A DNA stretch of 64,000 nt, taken from positions 61,566,001 through 61,630,000 of the forward strand of contig OZ024744.1 in the NCBI GenBank assembly GCA_964016885.1, given 5' to 3'. The position numbers were made by a program, and so were the translations under genes. Origin of the DNA: Eledone cirrhosa (Eukaryota). The notes below the pieces were generated by a model that saw nothing but the letters and a program-made list of their open reading frames with translations, was not told the DNA's origin and made no database searches. Shown piece after piece: positions 1 to 14,284 of the stretch (positions within the stretch are counted from its first letter, which is position 1; every line of letters starts with the position of its first letter).

Positions 1-200
1 CTCCCCCCACCACCACCCCAGTGGACGTTGAGAAGGTCCAGGGGTCGGTGGGGTGGTGGTAGAGATGATGCAATAGTATATTAAATATCAAATGATACTT
101 ATATATATAAATATAGTAAAATAAAAAATATATGATATTTATTTATACATTGTATATATTATATTATTTATTCGATATAAATTAACGATTTTATTTATTA

Positions 201-1075
201 CTAGCAGTGGTACCCGGCGTTGCACGGGATAAGGTATTTTGAAGGCGGGCCGCTAACAGACCTAATCGTGGAAAAACTGCTTGCCTGGACAATATGTAAA
301 GAAAATAAACCGAATACTCTGATGGCTGGATAATCTTTAAGATTTTCCTCGATGAAGCAGGAAAAATGCAGGTTTTCACCTAATGCGGGCTCTAGGGGAT
401 CAAGAAAATGAATTTTTGTTATGTGCATAATATGCCTTGAAATTTCGGGAAAATCGGCTAGTCGTAACGCCTCAAAAAAGCCTTAAAAAGCTGAAAAAAT
501 GAAGTTTTTCACCTAATGCGGGCCCTAGGCCATAAAAAAAGTTGGATTTTCTTTGCTCACAGTATAGAAGAGACTGACTAATACATAATAGTTACAATTT
601 CAAGGAAATCAGTCTGATGTAACACCTCAAAAAAAACCTAAAAACCTGAAAAAACGCAGTTTTTCACCTAGGGGATAAAAAAGTAATACACATGTTAAGT
701 TTGAAAAAGGTCGGTTGGGTACTTCTCGAGTTTTAGGGATTCAAACTCAGACACACACACACACAGACATCCTCAGCGAAGTGACATAATGCAGACAGGC
801 AGACATACAGACAGATATTATAAGGGCGCGACGTTATATGTATGTATCTATCTAAAAAGAGAAAGACTAAGAATTATAGAGAGAGATCGCTAAATCGCCT
901 AATGCGGTCCCTAGGGCATTGAAAATTTGAATTTTTTTTTTGCTCAGAACACTCCCTGAAACATAAGTATTACACGTGTAAAGTTTGAAAACAGTCGGTT
1001 GGGTGCTTCTCGAGTTTTAGGGATTCAAACTCACACACACACACAGACAGATATCCTCAGTTTTATATATATAGA
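201..1075 (-). mobile_element. Non-autonomous Helitron with internal tandem sub-repeats
   Basis: On the minus strand it starts TCTATATATATAAAA and ends with the hairpin CCCGTGCAACGCCGGG followed by CTAG. It sits between A and T with no TSD. Internal duplications at ~690-775 and ~974-1060. Confidence 0.75.
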
Positions 1076-1896
1076 TATATTATGTACAATTTGCATGTAA
1101 GCAGATCTTTCTGGAAATAGGGTAGGGGTGGCGGCTGAGGGTATTACGGGGCCAAGAAGGAGACGGTAGCCCCAAAAGTTCGAGAACTTCTGATGTAACT
1201 GAAGAATCTTCTCATCCCACTCTTTCATGATTTCTATGGATGGACGATTGTACTAGGTGTTTATTATCTGACCATCGACACTAAGGAGGATATCTTAGGT
1301 GAAAAGGAATAAAGAGTCCTCTCTACCTTTTATCAATAGTTAAAGACACTTGACTCCAAGACAGTTGGCTTGCAATATGGTTTGGGGAGTTCACATCATG
1401 ATCATGTGTTCCATTGATGTAGTGGAGTGGGGATAGAATGCCAGTGGTCTGATATAGTATGTATATGTATGTGTCTGTGTACATGTCTATATGTGTGAGT
1501 GTATATATGTGCGCATGTGCCGCCCCAACATTTGCCCTCATGTGTATCTGTGTGAGTAAGTCTCTGTGTGCCCGTCCATGTATGCATGTGAGTGTGTGTG
1601 TCAGTGTGTATGTACGTGTTTGGGCATGTTCATGTGTGTGTCTGATGGACCTTCCTGTTCAGAATGATGTTTAATGGCTCTATAATAAAGGGTAAAATAT
1701 AAATCATGAAAATTTATAAAACTAAGTAAAAATGGGTTCTGCAGGTGAAGCATAAGTTGCCATCAACACAACAATTGATGTATACGGGCGGAACTTTGTG
1801 TTTTGATTAATGGTGGAGTTCAACTATACAGGTTTCAGTTGTTGAAAGACAGCTGCAGCTTTGCCAAATTTCTTTTCCTCAGCAGACTTATGCTTG

Positions 1897-2130
1897 CATC
1901 ATCATCATCATTTAACGTCCATCTTCCACGCTAGCACGGGAAGGACGCGCTGTCCCTTTGTGAGAGATCAGGTTGAAGGACTGTTTCACTCACACAGAAT
2001 TGATTTTGGCTGTATTTCTACGGCTGGATGCCCTTCCTAATGCCAACCACATTTACAGTGAGTGCTGGGGGCTTTTTTTGTCATGAAACCTACATGACCA
2101 CTTTACAGTGTGGACTGGGCACTTCTGTCA
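1897..2130 (-). mobile_element. SINE/RTE-tail fragment, (TGA)n-tailed family
   Basis: (CAT)n tail plus the family motif GGCTGGATGCCCTTCCTAATGCCAACC. Similar copies at ~2890-3105, 20085-20283, 20550-20780, 24470-24787, 25080-25363, 34133-34400, 39540-39765, 40810-41061, 42200-42477, 42560-42845, 46230-46420 and 54720-55040. Confidence 0.7.
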
Positions 2131-3254
2131 TGGTTCCAAGAGGACAACTTTATGGTGAATGTTGGAGACATGGATGGGGTGGGGGTGAGGAAGATGCCTG
2201 GAGAATTGAGGAGGTAGGTATAGGGGTGGGATGATTTCAGCAAGGGAGGTGTATGAGAGGGGTGATGATAGGGGAAGGCGTTGCCTACTAGATATATGCC
2301 GCAGCAAGATATGGAAAATGACCTGCAGAATTTACAGAACTGCGGGTCTTCCATAGATGTTACCTTAGTATTTCTGGGAGTAACCACAACATCACAAATG
2401 AGGAGGTCATGGATACTTTGCATGTTCTACAATGAGACTGGGAAGGGCCTCCCTTGAAAGGAAGCCAGAAAAGGTGGGGGAGTTTAAGAATAATTGTAGT
2501 AATGGCATATTATTCATGCATTTTACAGAGGTAAAAAAGCACATCCTACTACAATCATTCTTATTATGAAGATGAGACAGTGAAGATCCTGAAACGATAA
2601 TAGACTTGTTTGTGGGACTGAACTCAAAACCATGTGGCTGTGAAGCAATGTCCTTAACCACACAGCTTGGGTCTATATGTCCACAATTAAATACTGAAAT
2701 TGCAACAAGGAAAATAAATCATATGTTCATCAGTAGTATGTAACTCCTGAGGACCAGAGATATGCCAAAATGGAAGGAGAGACAAAAAAAAAATAGAACA
2801 TTTTTTAAAAAAATGGTTTTCATGGGTCCTATTCCATTGCTGATATCATCTGTGGTCATAACTCCCAACAGAAATGTCTATATATATATACATCATCATC
2901 ATCATTATCATTGTTTAATGTCCATCTTCCACACTAGCATGGGTTGGAAAGTTTTGTTCCACTTGAGGCGAGATTGGTCGCTCATACAGAACTGTATCTG
3001 GCAGGTTTTCTACGGCTGGATGCCCTTCCTAACACCAACAACATTTACAGTGTGGACTAGGAGCCTTTTTACCGTGTCTCCTACATGACCACTTTACAGT
3101 GGGCTGAAATGGGAGGATGGAGTAGGGTGTGTGGGATGGGTTGCGTGGGTGGGTGTGTGGGGTGGGGTGTATATTGGGTTAAGTCAGTACACATCTCTTA
3201 ACCGTTAAGAGATGTGTACTGACTGTAGGTTTAAGTTTGTATGCAATGGCAGTC

Positions 3255-3660
3255 GGGTCTTCTGTATAACTACATAGCGCTAAAGATCTCGGTCCAGTGA
3301 CATTGTCTTAGAGAGGTGTAAGTGAGCAAGGTCAGTTTTTATCACCTTGTCCCAGGTTTTTCTTGGTCTCTCCACTCTGTAGCTTCCATCAATTTTCATT
3401 GCTCTGCACTTCTTTTTTATACAGCTGTTGTCCCTCATACGCATCACATGGCCATACCAATGCAACCTCCTCTCCTGCACACAGCATTTGATTCCTCTTA
3501 TGCTCAGTCTCTCTCTCAATTCAATTATGCTTTGCCGTTTGCATATATTACTATTACACATCCATCGGAGTATACAAGCTTTGTTTCTTTCTAATCTATG
3601 CAAGTCTTCAGCACACAATGCCCAGGTCTCACTACCATGTAACATTGCTACCCACCCCCA
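3255..3660 (-). mobile_element. RTE-clade LINE 3' fragment
   Basis: Translation LHGSETW...RWMCN...RRLHWYGHVMR...RPRKTW is typical of the RTE C-terminus; same family as 40068-40810. Confidence 0.85.
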
Positions 3661-6600
3661 TAGCATCTCTAGTAACCAGCCTCACCATCACTGTACACCC
3701 CCACCCCATCGATGCCCCTTCCTGCATCCCTCCTTAGTTATTTCTACCATCACTACACCCTCCTCTAATATCATAAGTTGCTACTCTTTCTATCCCTGTG
3801 CATCTTCTCCACTACCAACCACACTTTAGCTATCCTCTCTATCATTACTTTCCCTTCATAAAATCCTGACACCTGTGGCTACTCCCCCATGCCATCAGAG
3901 ATCACCACTTCCCTCCTAATCATCATCCATCAAATCCCACCACACCAGCCATACATGCATAATATCATACTTATTTTCCTTCTCCCCACCAAATTCAGAG
4001 CAGAGAAGGCTATTCAGTTGGGACAATAACCTAAAACCTCTCTTGTGTTGGTGTCACGAAAATGCACATAGTACACCCTGTAAAATGGTTGCTTATAGGA
4101 AGGACATCCTGTTGCAGAAACCATGCTAAAAAGGGTCGCAAGGACCCTTCAGTTGTGCCAACGACATAATGCCCCGCCCCTAGTGCTTGGATGCACTCAG
4201 GAGAGTGTGTGATTATATGTATGCAACATGCACGCCCCTAGCTCATCTGAGGTGTCAGTAGCTCCATTTGGCTACTAACTCAGACAGGGAAGAATTGTCG
4301 AATCCTTGCTAGCAGGGAAAACAAACATTAAATCATGGCACTATCTGTTGGCAACAATTCATGGCAAAAAGTGTCATTGCTTTTCTATTGACAAGAAGCG
4401 AAATTTTGATTCAAAATGCAGAGCCAGAACAGGTGCTGCATGGTATCCCATAGAATACTCTGACAATTTCGTGCCATTCCACCACACATGAACTGGTACT
4501 TTATTTACTGAATCTTGAAAAGATGAAAATTAAATTTGGTCTTGATAAGATTTGAATTCACAGCAGAAATAGTTGGAACAAATACCACAAATAGTCGTTT
4601 TTGATATGCTAATGACCTTGCTAATTTGTTATCTATGAAAGATGTGAAGTCAGGTAAAACAACTAATTGATATTAAATCACTAATTAATAATATTTATGT
4701 ATTTATTGTGGATTATAATAATCCAAACAACACATTAGTCAATAGCTTTAGATAAATTCATTGACAATACTGACTCACTGCTGGGTGTTATTTTTTGTTG
4801 ATGATTTTAATTAATGCCAAGAATTACTTTCTGAAAGCCTTTCATGATACTGAGTGGCCTAGTGGTTAGAATGTTGGTTTTATATGGTCATGAGTTTGAT
4901 TCTGGGACTGAGCAGTGCACTGTGGCCTTGACTTGAACAAAACACCTCCCTTCACATTGCCCACTCAAGAGATTACAGCTCTGATACTATGAACATGTAG
5001 TTGGAATGTCTAAGGAAAGAATCACTAGATAGATTTTATGAGTCAGGGAGTAGCCAACTGGCAGGACATTCAGAGGTAGACCATAAGCAAGATGGTTGAA
5101 TAGCATCAATTAGTTTGGGTGGTCTCTCTTGGAGATCCAACTGGATAGAATGAAGATGGTTGATTCAGACAGAACCCTCTGGAAAGCATGTCAGAACTCT
5201 TCCCCAACAACCCACCGAAGAATAATTAGGTGAAACAGAAGGAGGATGGTGATGATGATGAGGATGATGACAGTGATGCTGGTGATGATGATGATGAGGA
5301 GGAGGATGTTATTTCCTTATTTGCCACTCCTTCACCTGCATTTCCACCCACATTGTCTATTTCCTCCACTGTTCCCTTTGCAGGTCCTTATACTTCAAAT
5401 AGGCCACCATCTGGCAGGCTGATTCGCAGAACACTTGAAGGACATATGCCTTGGCAGTGATACCCCCATCGCCTGTCACTTCCATTCCTAGGCTACTCCT
5501 CTTTACATGTCTCAGTCCGGGGTGTCCTTTTGTATCACCGATACCAACCTCATGCACTATAACTGAGCAGAACTTCATTTTCCACTATGGGTCCAGTTTC
5601 CCTAATGGACACATCTCCCCTCCACAATTTCTTTAATCTTTATTTACCCTTGCATGCATATGCTTGTGTATGCTTCTACACCCTTAGCCATTGTTATTCC
5701 TACCTTGTTCGCTGTCACACGTGAGTTTCCTATGACTCTGTTACAGTCAGAAACACATGCCCTTACAGCTTTGTATGGACCAACAACATACATGTACACA
5801 TCTCTACACTTACACTTACAGCTTCATATCCACTCTGAATACAAAAGGATTTTTTCCTTTTCAGCATAATATAGACCAGAGTGGCCCGCGATGACCGTTT
5901 TTAATTTTTACCCTGTAGAATTATTTTGATTTTTTTTTTTGTAACCATAATACAATTTTCTGTTAGTTGACCTATATACTAAAGGGCTTCACTGATAGGC
6001 TTATGTGTGTTATAATTGCCCAGTTCCATGTTATGGAAAGAAGTTATGGTGAATCTTTGGGATAGTGCTTAATAAATATTAGTGGCCCTAATAGTTATTC
6101 CAATGTTCAAAAGTGGCCCGCCAATGGAATATGTTGCACATGCCTGATATAGACGCTTTTGATCACAGCCAACTGAACTTCCTACACTATAAACACTCTT
6201 ATAAACAGTTTTCCAAGAGGTGGTGAAATGAACAGACCTGTTTTTTTCTAAAAGAAATATTTTTTTGTTCCTACCCTATCTTTTTATTTCTTTTTTAATT
6301 TCTCATTCTCTTTTCTGATGAAGAACTAGCATCCAAAACATTAAAACTTTTCCTACTATATTAAGCATGAACTAATATATATCTTCATTGTATTGTTTTT
6401 TCTGTATACTTTTCATATATATGTGTGTGTGTGTGTGAGTGTGTGGACATACATCTCTATGCAAATCACCTCATAAATGTTGCTGTGACATTTATGAGGT
6501 AAACAGCACAGCAGACAATATTGGCCAACCATTTCAACATCTGTTGTGCAACCTCATTTTTATGTTTTGTAAATATTTTTTACTTTGTTCCATTTTTAAT

Positions 6601-9600
6601 TTAATAATATGATGTTTGTGCATATAATGTTGTACAACTTTGCATAAAAGGTGCTATGAGTTAGACATAGGCTGGGTCAATACTGGCCAAAACGATCAAA
6701 GTTAGAATTAGCCTGATATACATTGTCATCGCCCACTTTGAGGTACAGCTACCCAAGGCCTTGTAATCATCACTATATCCATTTCTTCTGCCTAGAAACT
6801 TGGCCCTCTGAAACTCCCTCTTGACTTGTAACTCCTCTTCTCATCACCATATTATGCACAGCCACCACACTATCTGCTACAGCCAGTCTTTGCTGCTCAC
6901 AAATTTGTCCAATGTATTCTTTCCTTTCCTTCCAGATAGTAGGTGTTTCAAGAGGCAGATTTGGTTGCTATTTCTGGCATGTTGAGCAGTTCACACAGCG
7001 ACACTCTTCCTTTATTTGATTGTTATTATTTTAAATTCCATTGGGAAGAGGAGCAGGATGGCTGTTCCCATTTCTTTCTTTATTTAAGATAGGATATAAG
7101 GTCAATTAAATTAACCCCTGTACTTGAAAGTTACTTTATTTCATTAACATGATAAGAAGGCATAGCTGACCATAACAAGTTGTTAAGGGCTTGACTTTAA
7201 AGAAATGTGTCAGTCTTCAGGCATGTTCACTACACAACCACTTTTGCCCTGGCAACCAGGCAGTGTAATGCTGGCTGCCCTTCCCAGTCAAAAGAAGGTA
7301 TAGGCAATCTTTTCCATTCTTCATAGCCACCAAGCAGAGGAATGCTGCCTTCCTTTCCTGGCCAAAAAAGAAGTAGGGTAATTTTCATCATAGACTCAGT
7401 CAATAGCCAGATCTGTACCACATCTGTTAACAGCTGTTTGATAAAATCCTACAGATCAACAATGCTTGAACACTAAATAAGTGCATGCAGAACAGTTTCA
7501 TTGCTTATGCACATCTAGGACAGTCCCGGATGATAGCATTTTTGTGCCTGTAGAATTTATCTGGACCTAGAATTGGCAAGAGATATGTGAAAATTATAAT
7601 GTCCAGTTTGAAAGTTCTCTGGAACAGACCAATCTGTTATTTCTATTGATGCCTTGAGTTTCTTTGAAAGTGTTTTCACGCTTCCTCACCATCAGCCTTC
7701 TATAAAATGATGAGGAAGTTTGACTGGCCACATTGTCTGACTGTTTGAGGGCTGTGGGTGTCTGACATTTCAGATTCCACTTGCCCAGTCTTTGTTTTTG
7801 CTTCACCCAGGACTGAAGCTCTGTCAAAGAGATGAGTTGTGGAAAGATATGCCTGACAAAGGCCCACACCTGTTCATTAAGCATACAGCTCATAGATATC
7901 AAAGATAGGTTTGAATTCTTGTCTTGAAAATTCTGGTTATACTGATGGCTAGCAGTTAACACATTAATGACCAGACAATGGATTTATGCTACCTACTCTT
8001 AGTAAGGTTGTGTTGGTTGGAAAGGTAAAAGTACAGGACAAGTGAGATGGTCTTCCCAGAAATTAAGTACTCCCTGAAAGGCTAGTCCAAGAATCTTTTG
8101 TATACTGTTTCTACCACTTCTTAATCAGTTATATATTCTCTATAACTGTATCCTTGAACTTTTAAGAGAAGCCCATAATCTGGTAGTTTGGATAAGAGAT
8201 TCTAGAAACCCACTCTTTTTCTTGTGTTCTTTTTGAAACTTTATTAATTCCACATATTTGTTTACAACCAAGACAACATGGTTAGTGTGTTTTTCTTTCT
8301 TTTATTGTGCTTGATGTTTCTATGTTTCCTGTTTGAGGTACTTGTATTGGATTTGCCTGTAATGGTATGGGTGTGTAAATGTTCAAAGGGAAAGTTTGAG
8401 GTGGCCTTTTTATAATTTTTATTTCATTTCTCCCTTGCAAGGGCTTTGGATGATGTTCCTATGTCAAAAATCTGAGGTAGAAGATGGGGAAAAAAATAGG
8501 GAGATTTTTTTCGTTTCTTTGTTTTGTTTTTTGTTGGGGGGGGGGGGGGGGGGGGGGTCTTGTTCTGTTGTTGCTGCAGTTTCTGTGACTGCTACTTGTC
8601 TTGCAGCTGTTGCTTTTGTGAAATGTATACAATAACAGATCTGATCCAAATGCTTGCAATGGAATAGATTCCACTAAAAGCAACCAAGGATCAGGTGGTA
8701 GTCTATCACCCAAGTAGGATGCAGCAGGATTTGAATGCAGAACACAGAGCATTGGAACAAATACTGCAAGGCATCTAGACTGGTACATTATTTTTATCAA
8801 ATCACAAAAGGATGAAAGGCAAAGTTGGCCATGACAAAATTTAAATACAAAGAGCTTGTCCAACACCCAACACTAACAATTCCTTCAATCCACTGCCCTT
8901 AGATTGATACTTTGTTTTATTCCCCAGCAGGATTAGAGACAAAGTTGACATGGGTAGCATTTGAATTTAGAATGCAAAGAGCTTGAGCATATACAAGGTA
9001 TTTTGTCCAATACTAAACAATTCCACCCAACCATCACCCTAAAGACAGATGAGAGTTAAAGTCAATTATTCCCTTGAAGGTTGTGCCCCAGCATGACCTC
9101 AGTCTAATAACTGAAACCAGTTCCCCCACACCGCCCCCCCCCCCCAAAATGTGCAGCACTGATTTTGATCTTCCGAAAGAAATAAGTACTGGAGCCAATA
9201 TATTTGATCAAATCTCTTAAAGATGGTGCCCCAGCTTCGCTGCAGTCAAATGACTAAACCAAGTAATTAAAAGAATAAAATAAAGTCGAAAACCAGTATC
9301 AGTTGTGTGATGCTAACAAATTTTATTTCAAGCATTGCATGTAACCATTACTTTATCACAAGTTGTCAATATTACTGTGTTGTGTCCATTTAAATTAAGA
9401 TTTATATGTGGGAAAAAAAAAGATAGAGAAAGACAGAGAGACAGAGAGGTAGAGAGAGATAGAGAGAGAGAGAGAGAGAAAAGAAGGAAGCCTTTATTAT
9501 TATTTTTTTCTCTAATCTCAACATTTATGATATTTTTGGATACATGAATTAAAATTGTCAGCAATGAAATTTGAAAAAAAATTTTTTATAGAAAAAGATG

Positions 9601-10311
9601 AATTGATTGGAAAAGAAAAATAATGGCAGGGGGAGGGGAGAAGGGGCCAAGAAGTAGGTAATAAATAAAAGGAATAAAAAAAAAAAATTAATTTCTTATA
9701 TTTCAAAATAAAGAAACTTTAAAAAAAAAAGAAAAATGGAATTGCATGCTCCATGTGTTTAATACATGATTAATAATAGATATTATACACATATTGCAGG
9801 GGGGGAGTATGTTTTTAAAAAAAAATGTATGTGTGAATATGTGTGCATATATACATATACACACACATATGTACATATATCTATATGTGTACCTGTATGT
9901 GTGTATACATATATATATGTACATCATCATTATCATTTAACGACTGCATAAATGATGATGTGTACATATAGGTATATATAAATATATACACATATACACA
10001 CATATATATCACTCTGTTACCAGCACAGAGTTGTTTTTTTATGTTAAATATTTAAAATATAGTTTTTGAAATCAATTTTACTTATAAATATTATGATGAT
10101 ATATGCTTTTGTTTTGTTTTGCTTTTTTTCTTTCATGTTTTTATTTTCTGTTACCTTATTTGCATCAAAACTTCCTTTCGGGATTTTAGTGGTTTCGTTT
10201 ATTTTTTTTTTAGGAATAATGTTTAAAAACAATAATAGTTAATGGTAATTAATAATCATGATTAAAGTAAATTAATAAATAAGCAAAATACCCAATAATA
10301 AGTGATTTAAT

Positions 10312-10515
10312 TTAACCCTTTTGATACCAAACAGCTTGAAACCACCGCTAGTTTAATGATACATAACTATTTGTTATGTTATGTTCCCAACATTAGCTTA
10401 ATAACGTGAAAGTTATTTATGTTACTAAATCTTTCCAAATTCTTTGATTATTTTCAAATGACATGAAAATTATAGGCAGTGTATTTCGTTACAAATATGG
10501 TATCAAAAGGATTAA
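10312..10515. mobile_element. piggyBac-type MITE (TTAA-flanked)
   Basis: TTAA-CCCTTTTGATACC ... GGTATCAAAAGGA-TTAA. Related copies at ~23173-23410, 26339-26609, 49882-50067 and 60877-61092. Confidence 0.7.
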
Positions 10516-12453
10516 ATGATTTGAGAAACGAAAAGTACAGCGCTTTAAAAAATTGATTTTAATGAATTGTTTTAAGCGGCAGGGTGGGGGAAAAATGTCT
10601 TCAAAAATTGCAAAAATATTGAGGACAAAAAGTTCTGTTGAGTTTGTTATTATAATTATTATTATTATATCGTCATTGTGTAAAATGAGTTTGGTAGGAA
10701 AAATAATTTCTAAAGTTCCCTTTTGCTGGTTAGAAAAATTTTGATACTAAAAAAAGGAAATATATATATTATTAAGAAAATATCAAGAGAAAAAAATAAA
10801 TCTTTTAAGTGTGATTTTACAGTTTACTGGACACAAATATATCGTAGTGACAAATATATGTAATATGCAATAGAGAATAACGACATCGAAGCCAAAATAT
10901 AAAGACATTCATACAAACACACATTCACACACATATACAAACATTAACATAGAAAGGAAGTTCAGAATGTATTATTTAGAACACAAGTCCAGTAGAATCT
11001 ACAAAACTAGATGTGTTCCATTGACGTTGCCTTAGGACCATACTGAGGATTTTGTTGGCATGACCACATCAAAAATAAAGAGGGTCATGGAGAAGGCTTG
11101 GCTGTGTAATCTAAGAGATACCATTACCATACAACAACAAGTGTTTGCATCTCCGTGTTTGTCTTGGCTATTCTTGAACACTATATATATATATATTATA
11201 TATATAATTACTACATTCAGGAGATAGTTTGATGCTTTCATCATTTACTTCAACATTCAAAGTAAAACAGAAACAACAGTGTGTTGGCATACACGCGAGT
11301 GGCATAGAATTGCATTTTTGTAATAAAACAAAGACGAAACACAACATCTATCACACACACATACACACATTCATGTAGCCTGGCACGCACACACATACAT
11401 ACATACACATACATATTTATATATAAATAAGGACTGGATTTTACATTAGAAGAATAATTTTGGCATAAGGCAATGTTTCTAGCTCAAAACTCTCAGAGAA
11501 GAATTTTGCATGGACAGAAAGGATAAATTACTTATTATTTTGGATTGGATTTTCTTAAAACTCGAATTAAAAAGAAAAAATATATATTAAAAAAGATATC
11601 AAGAATTATTTGTCTTTTTTAATTATAGTTGTTCTTTTGTTGTTGTTGTTTATATTTTTCTTCTTTCTTGCTTTATTTATTTTTATTTTTTTGACAAACA
11701 TTGTCTGGATGGTAAAATAAGCTCACCAATAGTAATTTTTTCTCCTATTGCTGGAAAAAAAGCTCCAGATACAATAAGCATAAAAAATTATTTTCATTGC
11801 AAATTAAAAAAGGCAGAATGCTGATGTGTGTGAATAAGAATTGTAGTAACTCTTTCTATGAATACAAAAATTTTGTGGAAGAGATGAAAAGGTATGTTTT
11901 GTCTTTGTTTTTTGTGTTTTTTTTTTTCATTTTTAGTGTAAAAAAGATTACAAAAAAGTAATTCGGTGGGGCAAGAAAAAGTTTAGAGCCCACCAATAAA
12001 AATTTTACTCCAAAGATTTTTTTAATGTTTCAAAAGAGCAGATAAAAAAAAAAATAGAAAAAAAATTCACAGCGTTTGATAAAATTAGAACATTTAAAAG
12101 CATGTTAGCCTTTCATTTCATTAAAAAAATAAATAACTGGCACTTGAGATGTAAAAAAATTCCTCTTTGAATGCAACTAAAATAAGGACATGTTTTTTTT
12201 CTTTTCTCCTCTAATGTTGGTTTATGTATGAAACAAACCCAACATCAACACCAATACATTAGTGCAATAAGGAAGCAATTATGCTACGAAAAGGCATAAT
12301 TATTTAATTATTCAAATAGTAAACAGGAATATTTTACATTTTAGAATTCATGGAATGATGTAAATTATGCTTTATATTTTTCTTCAAATATACAAACTGT
12401 TTAGTTCAGTTTGTAACATGGATATATATATATATTATTATATGTATATGTGT

Positions 12454-13128
12454 ATATATATATATATGAAAACGGAGAAAGAGACGATTATTAGGAAGAA
12501 AAATATATTTTTTTCCTTTTTTGTTTCTCTCTCTTTTTTCTGGGTTAGAAAATGATTAAAACAAAATGTTTTACTTTGTGTGAAGTGTTAAGGTATTAGT
12601 TAATTTATTTATTATTTAACAATGGCATTTATTTATATATTTAATAATTGTCTATTACCGGTTTCAGAATTTTTATGCATTATCAAATGATAGTGAAATG
12701 TATTAGTGTGGTGTCACACATGTTAAAGAGAAGGTGCAGAAAGAATAATGTTATTTACAAACAAGGTTTATGAAGTGAAAAAAAATTTCTTTTTTCTTTT
12801 CACTTCATAAACCTTGTTTGTAAATAACATTATTCTTTCTGCACCTTCTCTTTAACATGTGTGACACCACACTAATACATTTCACTATCATTTGATAATG
12901 CATAAACATTCTGAAACCGGTAATAGACAATTATTAAATATATAAATAAATGCCATTGTTAAATAATAAATAAATTAACTAATACCTTAACACCTCACAC
13001 AAAGTAAAACATTTCGTTTTAATCATTTTCTAACCCAGAAAAAAGAGAGAGAGAAACAAAAAAGAAAAAAAAAAAATTTTTTTCTTCCTAATAATCGTCT
13101 CTTTCTCCGTTTTCATATATATATATAT
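12454..13128. repeat. Long near-perfect palindrome (~330-bp arms, centre ~12790)
   Basis: 12454-12781 is the reverse complement of 12797-13128, with about three substitutions plus homopolymer/dinucleotide length differences. Confidence 0.95.
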
Positions 13129-13159
13129 CGTAACTCGTGTGCTTCCTCTCCACATTTTA

Positions 13160-13208
13160 TTATTATATATATATATATATATATTATATTTATATATATA
13201 TATACATT

Positions 13209-13241
<33 letters not shown>

Positions 13242-13360
13242 ATATTTATATACATTTATATATATACATTTATATATATATACATTTATATATATATACA
13301 TTTATATATATATATTTATATATATATACATTTATATATATATATATATATATATACATT

Positions 13361-13425
<65 letters not shown>

Positions 13426-13569
13426 TTATATATATATATATATATACATTTATATATATATATATATATACATTTATATATATATATATATATATACATT
13501 TATATATATATATATATATACATTTATATATATATATATATATATACATTTATATATATATATATATAT

Positions 13570-13609
<40 letters not shown>

Positions 13610-13791
13610 TTATATATATATATATATATATATACATTTATATATATATACATTTATATATATATATATATACATTTATATATATATATATATATATACA
13701 TATATATACATTTATATATATATATATATATATATATACATTTATATATATATATATATACATTTATATATATATATATATATATATATAC

Positions 13792-13829
<38 letters not shown>

Positions 13830-14245
13830 TTATATATATATATATATATAATATACATTTATATATATATATTTATAATATACATTTATATATATATATA
13901 TTTATATACATATATATTTATATACATATATATTTATATATATATATTTATATATATATACATTTATATTTATATATATATATATATATATATACATTTA
14001 TATATATACATTTATATTTATATATATATATATATATATATACATTTATATTTATATTTATATATATATATATATATATTAAAATATATACATTTATATA
14101 AATATATTTATATAGGTATTTATTTCTATTAATCTTAAAAATATATATATATATATATAAATCTTAAATATATATATACATTTATATAAATATTAAATAC
14201 ATATATATATATTTATATAAATATTAAATATATATATATATAATA
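13160..14245. repeat. ~1.1-kb (TA)n microsatellite with CATT interruptions
   Basis: Seen directly; it explains the YI-repeat ORFs. Confidence 0.95.
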
Positions 14246-14284
14246 TACTTAGTATGGAGAAAGAGTTACATTCTTTGCTCCAGT

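Noticed and set aside
5230-5460. Acidic D/E-rich ORF
   Set aside because: Comes from a (GAT)n tract; no recognisable domain or splice context.
6305-6350. CTGATGA hammerhead-like start
   Set aside because: GAAA is replaced by AAAA and the helices do not pair; at most a dead relic.
7230-7962. Minus-strand ORFs of 63 and 122 aa in complex sequence
   Set aside because: No motif I can recognise; may be an old transposon and needs a translated search.
13113-14132. 320-331-aa YI-repeat ORFs (similar ones at 29.1-29.8 kb and 50.5-50.9 kb)
   Set aside because: Translations of (TA)n-type microsatellites, which lack stop codons.
13129-14270. Short inverted match GTAACTC..TCTCCA flanking the (TA)n array
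   Set aside because: Two short gapped blocks; compatible with chance.
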